59,840 nt of DNA, from IMG/VR virus record IMGVR_UViG_3300012041_000024, positions 1 to 59,840 of that record. One strand, given 5' to 3'. The DNA comes from a virus. Lineage: Duplodnaviria; Caudoviricetes. Position numbers and translations under genes: made by a program. Positions 36,668 through 45,839 of this stretch are shown in pieces. A model generated the notes under the pieces. That model did not search any database and was not told where the DNA came from. It saw only the letters and a list, made by a program, of their open reading frames with translations. Within the stretch, counting starts at the first letter, position 1, and each line of letters opens with the position of its first letter.

Positions 36668-36858
36668 TCAATTACGCGCAGACGAAGCAGCTACTCGCCG
36701 ATCAGCTATCCGCGATGCTGCATATGTGCGACATGCTCGAAGAACGCGACGCGCAACACAACGACGACTACCTGTGGCACGTCACCGCTCTGCGCCGTCA
36801 GCAAGTCGCAGACGTGCGTGCGCTGCTGACGAACAACCGCCCGCTGCTCGACGACTGA
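36664..36858 (+). CDS. hypothetical protein
   Basis: ATGA overlap. Confidence 0.55.
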   Translation: MINYAQTKQLLADQLSAMLHMCDMLEERDAQHNDDYLWHVTALRRQQVADVRALLTNNRPLLDD

Positions 36859-36861
36859 ATC

Positions 36862-36896
36862 TGTAAACGCTACGTCTGCGAGGTGTAGTGTTTACA
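36862..36896 (+). promoter_or_regulatory. inverted repeat TGTAAAC..GTTTACA around a TAGTGT -10 box
   Basis: Directly before leaderless ATG 36900. Confidence 0.5.
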
Positions 36897-36899
36897 AGT

Positions 36900-37067
36900 A
36901 TGCCTCGCCCGAAGAGCCCGATTCAGACGAAGCCGATCTCGGTGCGGTTACCCGTCCCGATGGTCGAATGGGTCGAAGCGCAAGCGAAAGCCCGCGGTCT
37001 GACGATGACCGAGTTGATCCACCGTCTGATCGAGCGGGCGGGCTACAACCAACAAACCCGAAAGTGA
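36900..37067 (+). CDS. ribbon-helix-helix (Arc/CopG-like) protein, 55 aa
   Basis: MPRPKS..PISVRLP..VEAQAKARGLTMTELIHRLIE; absent from the ORF track. Confidence 0.75.
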   Translation: MPRPKSPIQTKPISVRLPVPMVEWVEAQAKARGLTMTELIHRLIERAGYNQQTRK

Positions 37068-37073
37068 GCGGTC

Positions 37074-37268
37074 ATGGTGAAAGACGTACGATCGAAGAAA
37101 CTGCGCGACGACAAGATCTCCGTCACAGTCCACCTCAGCGAGAGCACAGCGAAGGCGTTGTTGGCTGAAGCGGATGGGCGGATGGTGTCGGCGTCGTTGA
37201 TCGTCGAGAAAGCCGTCGTGAAGTTCCTCGCGGATCTCGCCCCGGTCGATGAGCAACTGCTGTCATGA
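37074..37268 (+). CDS. ribbon-helix-helix protein
   Basis: ISVTVHLS..L.AEA.GRMVSASLIVEKAV. Confidence 0.65.
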   Translation: MVKDVRSKKLRDDKISVTVHLSESTAKALLAEADGRMVSASLIVEKAVVKFLADLAPVDEQLLS

Positions 37269-37420
37269 AGATGCGAGTCAAGATGGCATGGGCGATCCTG
37301 CGTGGCCGCTCGGTGTGTTACCGGATGGACATCTCGCCGGGCGGCGTGAACTGCACGACGACCGGCGGGTTCATCATCGAGAACACGATTCGCGGCTCAT
37401 GGCATCGGGGCGAGTCATGA
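37265..37420 (+). CDS. hypothetical protein
   Basis: ATGA overlaps at both ends. Confidence 0.5.
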   Translation: MKMRVKMAWAILRGRSVCYRMDISPGGVNCTTTGGFIIENTIRGSWHRGES

Positions 37421-37674
37421 CAGGGAGCGACCAAATGGGTGACCGACACGCACTCGAAATCGTTGAGGAGTTACGGAGCAGGCGAAACGACTACGACTGG
37501 GAACTGTACTTACGAGCCGCTGACGAAATCGAACGCCTTGTGGCTGCGTTGGTTGCTGAGCGGGCGCTGGCTGACACCCTCGCAGCAGCCGCGAGCCAAA
37601 CGCTGACTCTCGGGTCTGACGATTGGGAACGTCTCGACGCGGCGCTGGCTGCTTGGCGGGTAGCTCGCGCATGA
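37417..37674 (+). CDS. hypothetical protein
   Basis: AADEIERL motif common in phage small proteins. Confidence 0.6.
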   Translation: MTGSDQMGDRHALEIVEELRSRRNDYDWELYLRAADEIERLVAALVAERALADTLAAAASQTLTLGSDDWERLDAALAAWRVARA

Positions 37675-38453
37675 TCGATGTTGATGCGATCCCGTTCGTG
37701 CAAGCTCGCTGGTACACACCGGCGAACCGCACCGAGTTCGGGCACGTCGTTTTGCACACGATGGAGTTCTGGGAACGCGGCGACTCCGCGGAGTGGTGCC
37801 AACAGTTCTTCGCCACATCGGATCGTAAAGGCTCGACGCATTGCATGGTCGACTGCGACAGCATCTGCCGCTCTGTGCTCGACAAGGACGTGTGTTGGGG
37901 AGCGAACGGCGTCAACCGCTCAGGGTTGCACATCGAGCACGCCGGGTTCGCGGCGCAGACCGCACCGGATTGGCAAGACGACTACTCGACTCGGATGCTC
38001 ACCTTGTCTGCGGAGTTGACGGCGTCGTGGTGTCTGAAGTATTCGATCCCCGCAGTCTTCGTCGACGCCGCAGGGTTGATCGCCGGTCGTCGTGGGATCA
38101 CGACGCACGCCGAAGCCGAGATCGCGTTCCCGTACGGTGGGCACACCGACCCCGGCGTCGAGTTCCCGATGACGGCGTACGTCAAGCGTGTGAACGAACT
38201 GTTGTATCCCCCGATCATCACGAAAGAGGTTGAGATGTTCATGCTCGTAGGTCCGCTCGGCGACAACGACGGGGTGTTCCTCGTCGACGTCGCAACAATC
38301 AGATGGGTGCAGTCGGGCCACGAACTCGGCATCTTGCGTCAGGCGGGTGTGGCGTCGGTGACGGCGACGGTCGAGAAGATCGGCGTGATGCGCTACGCGC
38401 GTACACCGTTCGGGCCGTCGCCGACGTCCGGTTCGTTCGTCGGTTTGTGGTGA
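37671..38453 (+). CDS. N-acetylmuramoyl-L-alanine amidase (endolysin, Amidase_2)
   Basis: VVLHTME, STH, N..GLHIE, ITTH, HTDPG..FP. Confidence 0.9.
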   Translation: MIDVDAIPFVQARWYTPANRTEFGHVVLHTMEFWERGDSAEWCQQFFATSDRKGSTHCMVDCDSICRSVLDKDVCWGANGVNRSGLHIEHAGFAAQTAPDWQDDYSTRMLTLSAELTASWCLKYSIPAVFVDAAGLIAGRRGITTHAEAEIAFPYGGHTDPGVEFPMTAYVKRVNELLYPPIITKEVEMFMLVGPLGDNDGVFLVDVATIRWVQSGHELGILRQAGVASVTATVEKIGVMRYARTPFGPSPTSGSFVGLW

Positions 38454-38686
38454 GGACGATCGTGACGACTTACGAGCAACGGTTGATAACGGGACTCGAT
38501 GAGGCTGTGACCGCGTTGGCCGCTGCGCAGGCTGAGGTTGGGGTGTTGCGTGAGGCGCTAACCGCACTCCTCGCAGCCACGGAGCCGTGCGTCAACAGTT
38601 TCGCTGCGTCCACGTTCCTTCTCAACGGACACGACTTTCGGGCGGCTCGGGCTGCGGCTGCTGCTGTTGTGGAGCGCCCACAATGA
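38450..38686 (+). CDS. hypothetical protein
   Basis: GTGA overlap; helical. Confidence 0.5.
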   Translation: MRTIVTTYEQRLITGLDEAVTALAAAQAEVGVLREALTALLAATEPCVNSFAASTFLLNGHDFRAARAAAAAVVERPQ

Positions 38687-38862
38687 TGGAGTTATCGCTT
38701 GATATCCGCTGCTTGGCCGATGAATTCGGACACCAGGTGCGGGGCAACATGGAACGCACCGAGGACGGGCACTTGCGGTTCGACTTCTACTGCTCGCAAT
38801 GCCCTGGCCCTGTGTTCATCGAGGGATTACCCCGTCCGGCTGCTGTTGTGGAGCAGCCATGA
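38683..38862 (+). CDS. small Zn-binding protein
   Basis: C....GH..CSQC. Confidence 0.5.
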   Translation: MMELSLDIRCLADEFGHQVRGNMERTEDGHLRFDFYCSQCPGPVFIEGLPRPAAVVEQP

Positions 38863-39112
38863 GCCGCCGATCCCTTTGCGTGCTCGCTGTCGTCACCGTT
38901 GTCGCTGTCGTCGCGCGCCGCTGGTATGAAGTGCAGACCGATATGGCGCGTGAACGGACCGGCTATCGGTGACGTCGACGCGGCTCATCGTTTCGAGATC
39001 GCTGGTCGGTGGTACAGTCCCGCCTATGGCAGACACACCGGCAGACCGAGCGAACGCCGCAGTCGGGCGCTTGGTGTTCTCCATCATCAACCGTGAACCG
39101 ATAGGAGCCCAA

Positions 39113-39364
39113 ATGTCTGCACTGTCTGACGCTTTGACCGCGATGAAGGATCGTGTCGCCGCCGACTTCGGTGAGCTACGCAGAATGCTCGACGAAGCCC
39201 TCGGTAACGACGCCGCCGACGCCACTCGTCTGCAAGAGGTCACCGCCCGCGCTGATCAACTGCAAGCTGACATCGACGCCGCGATCGGCGAGATCAGCGC
39301 GATCGATCCTGATCCGGCGAACCCGGCAGCGCCGCCGCCAGAGGGCGAACCTCCCCCGCAATAG
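39113..39364 (+). CDS. acidic coiled-coil protein (alternative start 39026)
   Basis: AGGAG RBS; coiled coil with Pro-rich tail. Confidence 0.65.
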   Translation: MSALSDALTAMKDRVAADFGELRRMLDEALGNDAADATRLQEVTARADQLQADIDAAIGEISAIDPDPANPAAPPPEGEPPPQ

Positions 39365-39381
39365 TTGGGGCCACCCATAGC

Positions 39382-39421
39382 ACTCGACGCCGATTCCCTC
39401 GGGGGGTGATCGGCGTCGAGT
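39382..39421. terminator. 13-bp perfect hairpin, possible terminator
   Basis: ACTCGACGCCGAT/ATCGGCGTCGAGT; no U-tract. Confidence 0.45.
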
Positions 39422-39443
39422 CGCGTCTGAGCCATGATGGTGT

Positions 39444-39830
39444 ATGCGCGAACCGTCTCGGCAGGTGATGAAGATCCGGTGGCGTCACGTCGCGACAGTG
39501 ATCTATCTGCTGATCTTCGTGGTGTCGTTGACGGTGGCGTTCTTCGGTCGGATCGACGGTGAGCACGCTCATGACGATGTGCTGTGGGGGATCTCGACGG
39601 GGCTGTTTGTCGCCGGTGCCTGCGCGGCGATCTACTCGATCTTCAGTCGAAGCCACTTTTATCTGCGGGTCGGGTTGATGTCAGCGCCGTTCATCATGCG
39701 CGGCGTGCTCTACGCGTGGGCGCCTGACGCGTTGCCGGATCACAACGAGTGGGCGGCGTCGAGCATCAACGTTCTGTGCGGTGTCCTGATCGTGCTCATG
39801 GAGGCGTTCGACACCGATGACGTTCGCTGA
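39444..39830 (+). CDS. multi-pass membrane protein
   Basis: About 4 hydrophobic helices. Confidence 0.65.
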   Translation: MREPSRQVMKIRWRHVATVIYLLIFVVSLTVAFFGRIDGEHAHDDVLWGISTGLFVAGACAAIYSIFSRSHFYLRVGLMSAPFIMRGVLYAWAPDALPDHNEWAASSINVLCGVLIVLMEAFDTDDVR

Positions 39831-40059
39831 TGAGGCCACATCGAATATCACGCAGTGGGTCGCGCTCGGCGGCGCGACCGCTCTGCTGATCTGGCTGTTG
39901 AAGTTCGCCGCTGATTATCAGTCGACGATGACGAAAGGCGCGTTCGACCGGATCGAGCAGTTAGAGAAAGCGATCGACCGGCTCGATCTGGCGCTGGCCG
40001 CTGAGCGGGCGCGTTGCGACGCGTTAGCTGACAGACTGCACCGACTCGAAGGGGGATAG
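39817..40059 (+). CDS. TM + coiled-coil protein (lysis accessory/holin-like)
   Basis: One TM helix then coiled coil. Confidence 0.55.
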   Translation: MTFADEATSNITQWVALGGATALLIWLLKFAADYQSTMTKGAFDRIEQLEKAIDRLDLALAAERARCDALADRLHRLEGG

Positions 40060-40062
40060 CTC

Positions 40063-40131
40063 ATGTACGTCGGCGGTGGGTTGTTGTTGCTGATTCTGAT
40101 CATCATCGTGATCGTGCTGCTGTTGCGTTGA
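40063..40131 (+). CDS. 22-aa membrane peptide MYVGGGLLLLILIIIVIVLLLR
   Basis: GGGGGA SD; stop overlaps next start. Confidence 0.6.
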   Translation: MYVGGGLLLLILIIIVIVLLLR

Positions 40132-40334
40132 CGAGTCGTCTCGTTCGGCGCTGGCGGCGCATCAACAAGCACGGCCGCGTCCACTTGGTGCTTACGCTCG
40201 TCTGGTTGACGTTGGCGCTCCCGGCGGTCGTGTTGTGGCGTGACAGCGTCCCGTTCCTCGTGTTCGTCTCCGTCTATGCAAATGTTGTGGGACATTGGTC
40301 GAGCTACGAAGCAGCGACACCGAACGAGGAATGA
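40128..40334 (+). CDS. membrane protein
   Basis: WRDSV..VSVYANVVGH motif; 2 TM helices. Confidence 0.65.
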   Translation: MTSRLVRRWRRINKHGRVHLVLTLVWLTLALPAVVLWRDSVPFLVFVSVYANVVGHWSSYEAATPNEE

Positions 40335-40335
40335 G

Positions 40336-40932
40336 TCAGACGCCGCATGACGCGGCGACGGTCCACGGCTTGAAGTTGTGCCCCTCTGACGACAAGCGCC
40401 ACGCGTAAACAGCGGCATCTTCGGGCACGTACGGATCGAGGCCGAGCGCGTTCAGCTTCGGGTAATGGATCTGATTGATCTGTAGCGGTCCGTGGTCGTA
40501 CGTCCCGTTCGGGTTCTGCTTGTTCGAGCGCTTCGACTGCCAGCCCGATTCGTGCCAGCCGATACAGTCGAACACCGAGATCTGCCACGAGGTGGCGCCT
40601 AGCTGAGCGAACTGTGCGAGCGCTCGATCACGCACGTTCGATGTCGCCGCGGGCGGGGGCGCTGACTGCACGACTCGCAGCGGTTCGGGCTCCGGCGCCG
40701 GTGGCTCGGGCTCCGGTTCGGGTGCTGCTGCGACGACTGTCAGTGTCAATGCTTCGTCGCTGTATGCCACGTCTCGTGAGCCGTCGTGTACGCCGCTCGG
40801 GTCGACCGCCGCGGTGAGTCTTGCGTCGCGGTCGTCGGGGAGCGGTGGGGCGCTCTCCTCGGCTCGGGCTGCGGCGGGGACTACCATCCCGACGATGAAC
40901 GCGACGAACACGAGTATCAGAGTTGGGCGCAT
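40336..40932 (-). CDS. secreted lytic transglycosylase (SLT/lysozyme-like)
   Basis: Signal peptide; CIGWHESG..DHGPLQIN..FKPW; TAGCTT 6 nt before ATG. Confidence 0.82.
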   Translation of the reverse strand: MRPTLILVFVAFIVGMVVPAAARAEESAPPLPDDRDARLTAAVDPSGVHDGSRDVAYSDEALTLTVVAAAPEPEPEPPAPEPEPLRVVQSAPPPAATSNVRDRALAQFAQLGATSWQISVFDCIGWHESGWQSKRSNKQNPNGTYDHGPLQINQIHYPKLNALGLDPYVPEDAAVYAWRLSSEGHNFKPWTVAASCGV

Positions 40933-40980
40933 CCATCGAAGCTACTCTCGTCACACGTTCGACATAAACTCGGGCAGTGC

Positions 40981-41214
40981 ATGAGCCGCTATCGAACCGC
41001 AGAGGCTGTCGTCGCGTTCGACGAAACGGTATGGGAGCGCTGCGGAGTCGTCGTCAGTGACACAGAGTTGACGATCAGCCGTGAAGCGATGCTCGATCTG
41101 ATCGTGTGGCCGATCACCGGGACGCAAGTCAACGGGCCGCGCTCGATGCTCGCCTACCGCGAAGACGGCACAGTGGTTTCGATCGTCTCGTCGGGCGGCT
41201 GCCGGTGCCGCTGA
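40981..41214 (+). CDS. hypothetical protein
   Basis: Ends GGCRCR, typical of actinophage pre-portal genes. Confidence 0.55.
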   Translation: MSRYRTAEAVVAFDETVWERCGVVVSDTELTISREAMLDLIVWPITGTQVNGPRSMLAYREDGTVVSIVSSGGCRCR

Positions 41215-41564
41215 CTGATCTGATCCGCGAGCTATTGGCGGCGGCTCGTCTGCTGCGCCTGATCCGCGACGACGCGATCTTCAACGCCCCGCGCGAGCAC
41301 TTCGTGCAGTTGCAGTACTGGCTACGGGGAGATGTGAAGCCGGAGCAGTACACGTGGCAAGAGTGGGCGATGCTCGACAGGCATCCGCCGAAGCTCGCTC
41401 AGTTGATGGAATGCCCTTGGTGTCTCGGCGTCTGGTGCGGCTTCGCTGTGCTCGTACTCAGACGCACGAGTGTCGGCCGCGGCCTGCGTGACGCGTTGGC
41501 GATGAGCTATGCGGCGTCGCTCGCGGAGATCCACATCGTCAAGCCGCCGCACCCGGAGAGTTAG
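41205..41564 (+). CDS. DUF1360-like membrane protein
   Basis: RLIRDD.I..PR; LMECPWCLGVW. Confidence 0.75.
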   Translation: MPLTDLIRELLAAARLLRLIRDDAIFNAPREHFVQLQYWLRGDVKPEQYTWQEWAMLDRHPPKLAQLMECPWCLGVWCGFAVLVLRRTSVGRGLRDALAMSYAASLAEIHIVKPPHPES

Positions 41565-41576
41565 GATCGCCCGCCC

Positions 41577-44435
41577 ATGGGACTATTTACGCGCACACCA
41601 CCGACTGCTGCTGCTGACGTGTCGGTGCTCACCGCCGCCGCTTCCGTCGTCCGCTTCAACGACAAGGACGCCGTCAAGTCGACGCTCGCGAAGCACGCGA
41701 CGTGGGAAGACGAAGCGTGGGCGTACTACGACGAAGTCCCCGAAGTCCATTTCGGGGTGAACTACTCAGGGAACGCGTTGACGAAAGTGACGTTCTACGC
41801 GGCGTGCGTCGACGCGGTCGGCGCGATCGTCCCCGTCAACAGTGAAACCAGTCCGTTGATGGGTACCCCCGTCGCGATACAGGCCGACGCGGAGATGAGT
41901 CGTCTGCACGCAGAGATGGGCGGGCAAGGCGAACTGAACCGACTCGCCGAGATCAACCTCGAAGTACCCGGTCAGTTCTATCTGTACGGCCGCGGCGAAC
42001 GCATCGACCCGATCACGCAACAGGTGATCTCGGTCGAGTCGTGGGACATCATCGCCACCGACTGCGTCGTACAAAGCCAAGACGTCGACGAGTTCGAACG
42101 ACCGATCGTGTACTACCGCGACGAACCGAACGACCCGAAGAACAAGTGGGCGAAGATCGACCCCGATCAAGACACGCTCATCCACGCGTACATGCGCCAC
42201 CCCAGATACAAGAAACGAGCCGACTCGTACATGCGTGCGTTGCTGACGGATTGTCAGACGATCGTCGCGCTCAACAACCAAGTCCTCGCCGAGTCACGCT
42301 CGCGTATGAACGCCGGTCTGCTGGTCGTGCCGAAAGAGATCCAGTTCGAACAAAGCAAGAACCCGAAAGACCCGAACCAGTTCATGGCTGATCTCGTCGA
42401 GGCGTTGGTGACGCCGATCGAAGACCCGTCGGATCAACGCTCGCTAGTGCCGCCGATCATCCGCGGCCAGAAAGAGAACTTGACGCCTGACGTGTTGCGC
42501 CGCATCGACCTGTCCCGCACGACCGACGACAGCGTTGATGGTCGGATCTTGCAGCGCATCGACCGCATCGCCCGCGGTTTGAACGTCCCCGTCGAAGTCG
42601 TCATGGGCCACATGTCGACGACGTTCGCGAACGCGGAGCAGATCGATCAGGACACGTTCGACGACCACCTCGAACCGAAGTGCAGGACGATCGCGGAGAT
42701 CTACGGGTACGCGTTCCTGCGCCCACAACTGTACGAAGCGATGAACCAGCAAACATCACAGCAGTTGATCGCCGAAGAGTTGGGCCTCGAACCGCCGCCG
42801 ACACGCAGCATCGGCAGCGAGCAGATCGAGCAGATCTTCGTGTGGTTCGACGCCTCCGCGCTCGTACGCACGAAAGACCCAGAGGACATACCGGAGACGG
42901 CGCTCGAAGCCGGGGCGATCTCGATCGCGGCGTACCGCAAGCGCCGCAACATTCAAGAGTCCGAAGCGCCGAACGAGCAGGAACTGGCGATGCAGATCGC
43001 GATGAAGAAAGGCATCTTCGGCGCCGAACTCACTGCGCTGATGCTGTACCTCGGCGGCGTCGAGATCCCGCCGGAGTTCCTGAAACCCGCCGGAGCCGAA
43101 GACGCACCCGGTGCAGCGCCACCCGCGGCTGCACCGGCTGCGATCGAGACGAACGGCAGCGCCCTCGTCGCTGCTCTGATCGAAGCGCAAGCCGCTGCTG
43201 CGTCGCCGGGGTCGACGCCGCCCGACCCTTTCGAACCAAGCAACCTCGGGCGCTCCCTCCTGGCCGTAGACCTTGACTTGCGTTCGCGTATCCACGGCGC
43301 GGCGGAAGCCGCGATGGAACGCGCGCTTGAACGTGCCGGTGCTCGACTCAAAGGACGAGCGCAGGTACGCGCGGTGGTCGCGTCGACGCCTGCGCCGCAG
43401 ATCGCAGCGAAGCTAGGCCCCGCGTTCGTCGCCTCTGTTGGTTATGACGTGAAGAGTCTGCTCGACGGTGCGTGGGCAGTATTGGAGCGACAGTTCAAAG
43501 AGTGGTGCCTCTCCGCGTCGGTCGAAGCGATGACACTGATCGAGCAAGCGACAGTGCCGTTCACGGCTCAGCAACGCGACGATCATCGTGCGCTGTCACG
43601 TCTCGCGGTCGACGCCGGTTGGTCGTTCTTCCAAACCGAACTCGACGTGATCGCCGCCGCGCGCCTCTACGACCCTGAAGGCGACGGCGACATCGCGATC
43701 TACGGTCGCATCCCGACGGGTGTTGTGCGTGAAGCGTTGACGATCGCAGGCGGCGACTCTGGTGTGTTCACTCTGTTGGCGGCGGGGACGCCGACGAAAC
43801 CCGCCGGTGGCATCGCGACGGGGAAACTCTCGAACGACGTCGCGGAGCAGCAGGGGATCTCGACGCCGTCGTACAGGTGGGTGTACGGCCCCGCTCATCG
43901 TGAGCATCCGTTCAACCCGCACCGTCAGTTGAACGGTGTCACGTTCGAGAAGTTCACCGACACGAAACTGGTGAACAACGCGTCGTGGCCTCCCGGAGCG
44001 TATTTCTACCCCGGCGACCACGTCGGCTGTAGCTGCGACGTCGAGCCGATCATGGTGTTCACACCGCCGCAGACAGCAACGGCGGAGACAGCGTCGGTGC
44101 TAACACTCGGAAAGATCCCGAAGTCGACACAACAGACCGCCCCGGCTGATACAGTGGTATCAATGAAGGTAGCTCGTGAGTCCGTGAAGGCAGTCCGCAT
44201 GAAGGTCGGCGACGTCATCGCACGACCGGATTTCGGTCGCGACGGCGACGCGTTGCTCACCCCGAAGAAAACGCTCGAACAGCGCATCAACGCCGGTGAC
44301 ACACTCACGATCATTCACGTCGAGCAGTTCAAGTACGGCGGCACCGCGAACGCAGTGCGAGTCACGACCGCAGACGGTCAAGTCACTGTGTTCTCAGGGC
44401 GAGCGAACGTGCTGCGGCTGGCCGCCGAGGGGTAA
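41577..44435 (+). CDS. portal protein fused to MuF-like minor head domain and a C-terminal extension
   Basis: AWAYYDEVPEV, SRMNAGLLVVP portal motifs; HRQLNG..PGDHVGCSCD MuF motif. Confidence 0.85.
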   Translation: MGLFTRTPPTAAADVSVLTAAASVVRFNDKDAVKSTLAKHATWEDEAWAYYDEVPEVHFGVNYSGNALTKVTFYAACVDAVGAIVPVNSETSPLMGTPVAIQADAEMSRLHAEMGGQGELNRLAEINLEVPGQFYLYGRGERIDPITQQVISVESWDIIATDCVVQSQDVDEFERPIVYYRDEPNDPKNKWAKIDPDQDTLIHAYMRHPRYKKRADSYMRALLTDCQTIVALNNQVLAESRSRMNAGLLVVPKEIQFEQSKNPKDPNQFMADLVEALVTPIEDPSDQRSLVPPIIRGQKENLTPDVLRRIDLSRTTDDSVDGRILQRIDRIARGLNVPVEVVMGHMSTTFANAEQIDQDTFDDHLEPKCRTIAEIYGYAFLRPQLYEAMNQQTSQQLIAEELGLEPPPTRSIGSEQIEQIFVWFDASALVRTKDPEDIPETALEAGAISIAAYRKRRNIQESEAPNEQELAMQIAMKKGIFGAELTALMLYLGGVEIPPEFLKPAGAEDAPGAAPPAAAPAAIETNGSALVAALIEAQAAAASPGSTPPDPFEPSNLGRSLLAVDLDLRSRIHGAAEAAMERALERAGARLKGRAQVRAVVASTPAPQIAAKLGPAFVASVGYDVKSLLDGAWAVLERQFKEWCLSASVEAMTLIEQATVPFTAQQRDDHRALSRLAVDAGWSFFQTELDVIAAARLYDPEGDGDIAIYGRIPTGVVREALTIAGGDSGVFTLLAAGTPTKPAGGIATGKLSNDVAEQQGISTPSYRWVYGPAHREHPFNPHRQLNGVTFEKFTDTKLVNNASWPPGAYFYPGDHVGCSCDVEPIMVFTPPQTATAETASVLTLGKIPKSTQQTAPADTVVSMKVARESVKAVRMKVGDVIARPDFGRDGDALLTPKKTLEQRINAGDTLTIIHVEQFKYGGTANAVRVTTADGQVTVFSGRANVLRLAAEG
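44147..44162. promoter_or_regulatory. perfect operator TGATAC-AGTG-GTATCA containing -10-like TACAGT, abutting in-frame ATG 44163
   Basis: Same palindrome arms as 26550-26565. Confidence 0.6.
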
Positions 44436-44492
44436 ACCCGACGCTGTTCGAGCGACCCGCTAGCCTCAGATCTCGAACGTAGGGAGACTGTC

Positions 44493-45839
44493 ATGCGAAC
44501 CTGGTCGACGCCGGTAGGCATCATCATCGAAGGCGTGCAGACCGGCGACGGTCGTCTGATCGTCGAAGGCGCAACCGACTGGATGGAGCTACCTCTTCCC
44601 TTTATCCCGGTTCACGGCTCTGACGAGAGCATCGGCAACGTCACGAGCATCGAACGCAAAGGCCAGTACATCGTCGCAACGGGGACGCTCGACGACGCGA
44701 CTGAGACCGGGGCGCAGATGGTGCGGCAGATGGACGAAGGCGTCGCGCCGATGGGCACACGCTGGGGAGTCAGCATCGAGCCTGACGATTACGCGTTCGA
44801 GATCGTCGACACGACAATCGTCGAAGCAGACGCTGAGCCGCCGCCTGACGGTGAGGAATCACTCACCGTGGTCTTAGCGTCGTACGTCGGCCGCGGCGTG
44901 CTCCCTGAGCGCTCACGTAACGGTCTGATATGGGATGCGTTTCGTGCCGCGGCGGGTGACGGCGAACCTGACGGTGTCGTCGTCTACGAAGACGCGCAGG
45001 ACAACATCATCGAGCGCGTCACTCGTCTACGTATCCGCGCGCTGGCCGGTACGACGACTCCGGCGTTCGCCGACGCGTACATCGAACTCGATCCCGTCGC
45101 CGTGAGCGTGCCCGGTACGCCGCCGCCGACGGTGACACCGGAGCCGGTTGTTGCGGCGTTCGCCGCGGCTGCTGCGATCAAGTTCCCCCGTAGCGCGTTC
45201 ACTGTCGACGAACCCGACTATGTCACTGCGCTGACTGTGCTCGACGACGGCACATGGTTCGGGCACGTACACGAAGACGGCGCCTGTCACATCGGCTACC
45301 CCGGCCGCTGCGTCACTGCGCCACCGTCGCCGTCGGGGTACGAGTTCTTCAACCGCACCGGCGGCATCGTCGACTGCGATGACGGCGTCAGCTTGCGTGT
45401 CGCGGCGTTCATGCTCGACATCAACCACGCACCTTTGAACGCCACCGTCGGCCAAGTGCAGACGCATTACGACCCGTATGCGAACACCGAATGTGTGTGG
45501 GGCTTCGGGCGTGTCCGCGAAGGGAAGCACGGCCCGTTCGCGTGCGGTGTGCTCCGACCCGATCTGACCGCGGGTCGGCTCACACTGCTCAAAGCGTGCG
45601 GGCAAGTGAGCGGTGATTGGCGTGACGGCGAACTCTACGCGTGTCAAGCAGTGCCACGACCGGGGTTGCCGATCGAGCGTCACGACCTCGTCGCGTCCGC
45701 TCGTGCGTGCGACTGCGACGGCGGGCATGAGATCCCGATCGCGACGATGATGCTCACCGAGCTATACGAAGAGGCGATCGCGAAGCCGCGGCGCTTCGCG
45801 CGGTACGAACGGGCACGCGAGCGCATCCGTGGCCGATGA
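44493..45839 (+). CDS. capsid maturation protease
   Basis: EGVQTGDGR, GVSIE, FADAYI, CHIG, VSGDWR, PGLP motifs. Confidence 0.8.
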   Translation: MRTWSTPVGIIIEGVQTGDGRLIVEGATDWMELPLPFIPVHGSDESIGNVTSIERKGQYIVATGTLDDATETGAQMVRQMDEGVAPMGTRWGVSIEPDDYAFEIVDTTIVEADAEPPPDGEESLTVVLASYVGRGVLPERSRNGLIWDAFRAAAGDGEPDGVVVYEDAQDNIIERVTRLRIRALAGTTTPAFADAYIELDPVAVSVPGTPPPTVTPEPVVAAFAAAAAIKFPRSAFTVDEPDYVTALTVLDDGTWFGHVHEDGACHIGYPGRCVTAPPSPSGYEFFNRTGGIVDCDDGVSLRVAAFMLDINHAPLNATVGQVQTHYDPYANTECVWGFGRVREGKHGPFACGVLRPDLTAGRLTLLKACGQVSGDWRDGELYACQAVPRPGLPIERHDLVASARACDCDGGHEIPIATMMLTELYEEAIAKPRRFARYERARERIRGR

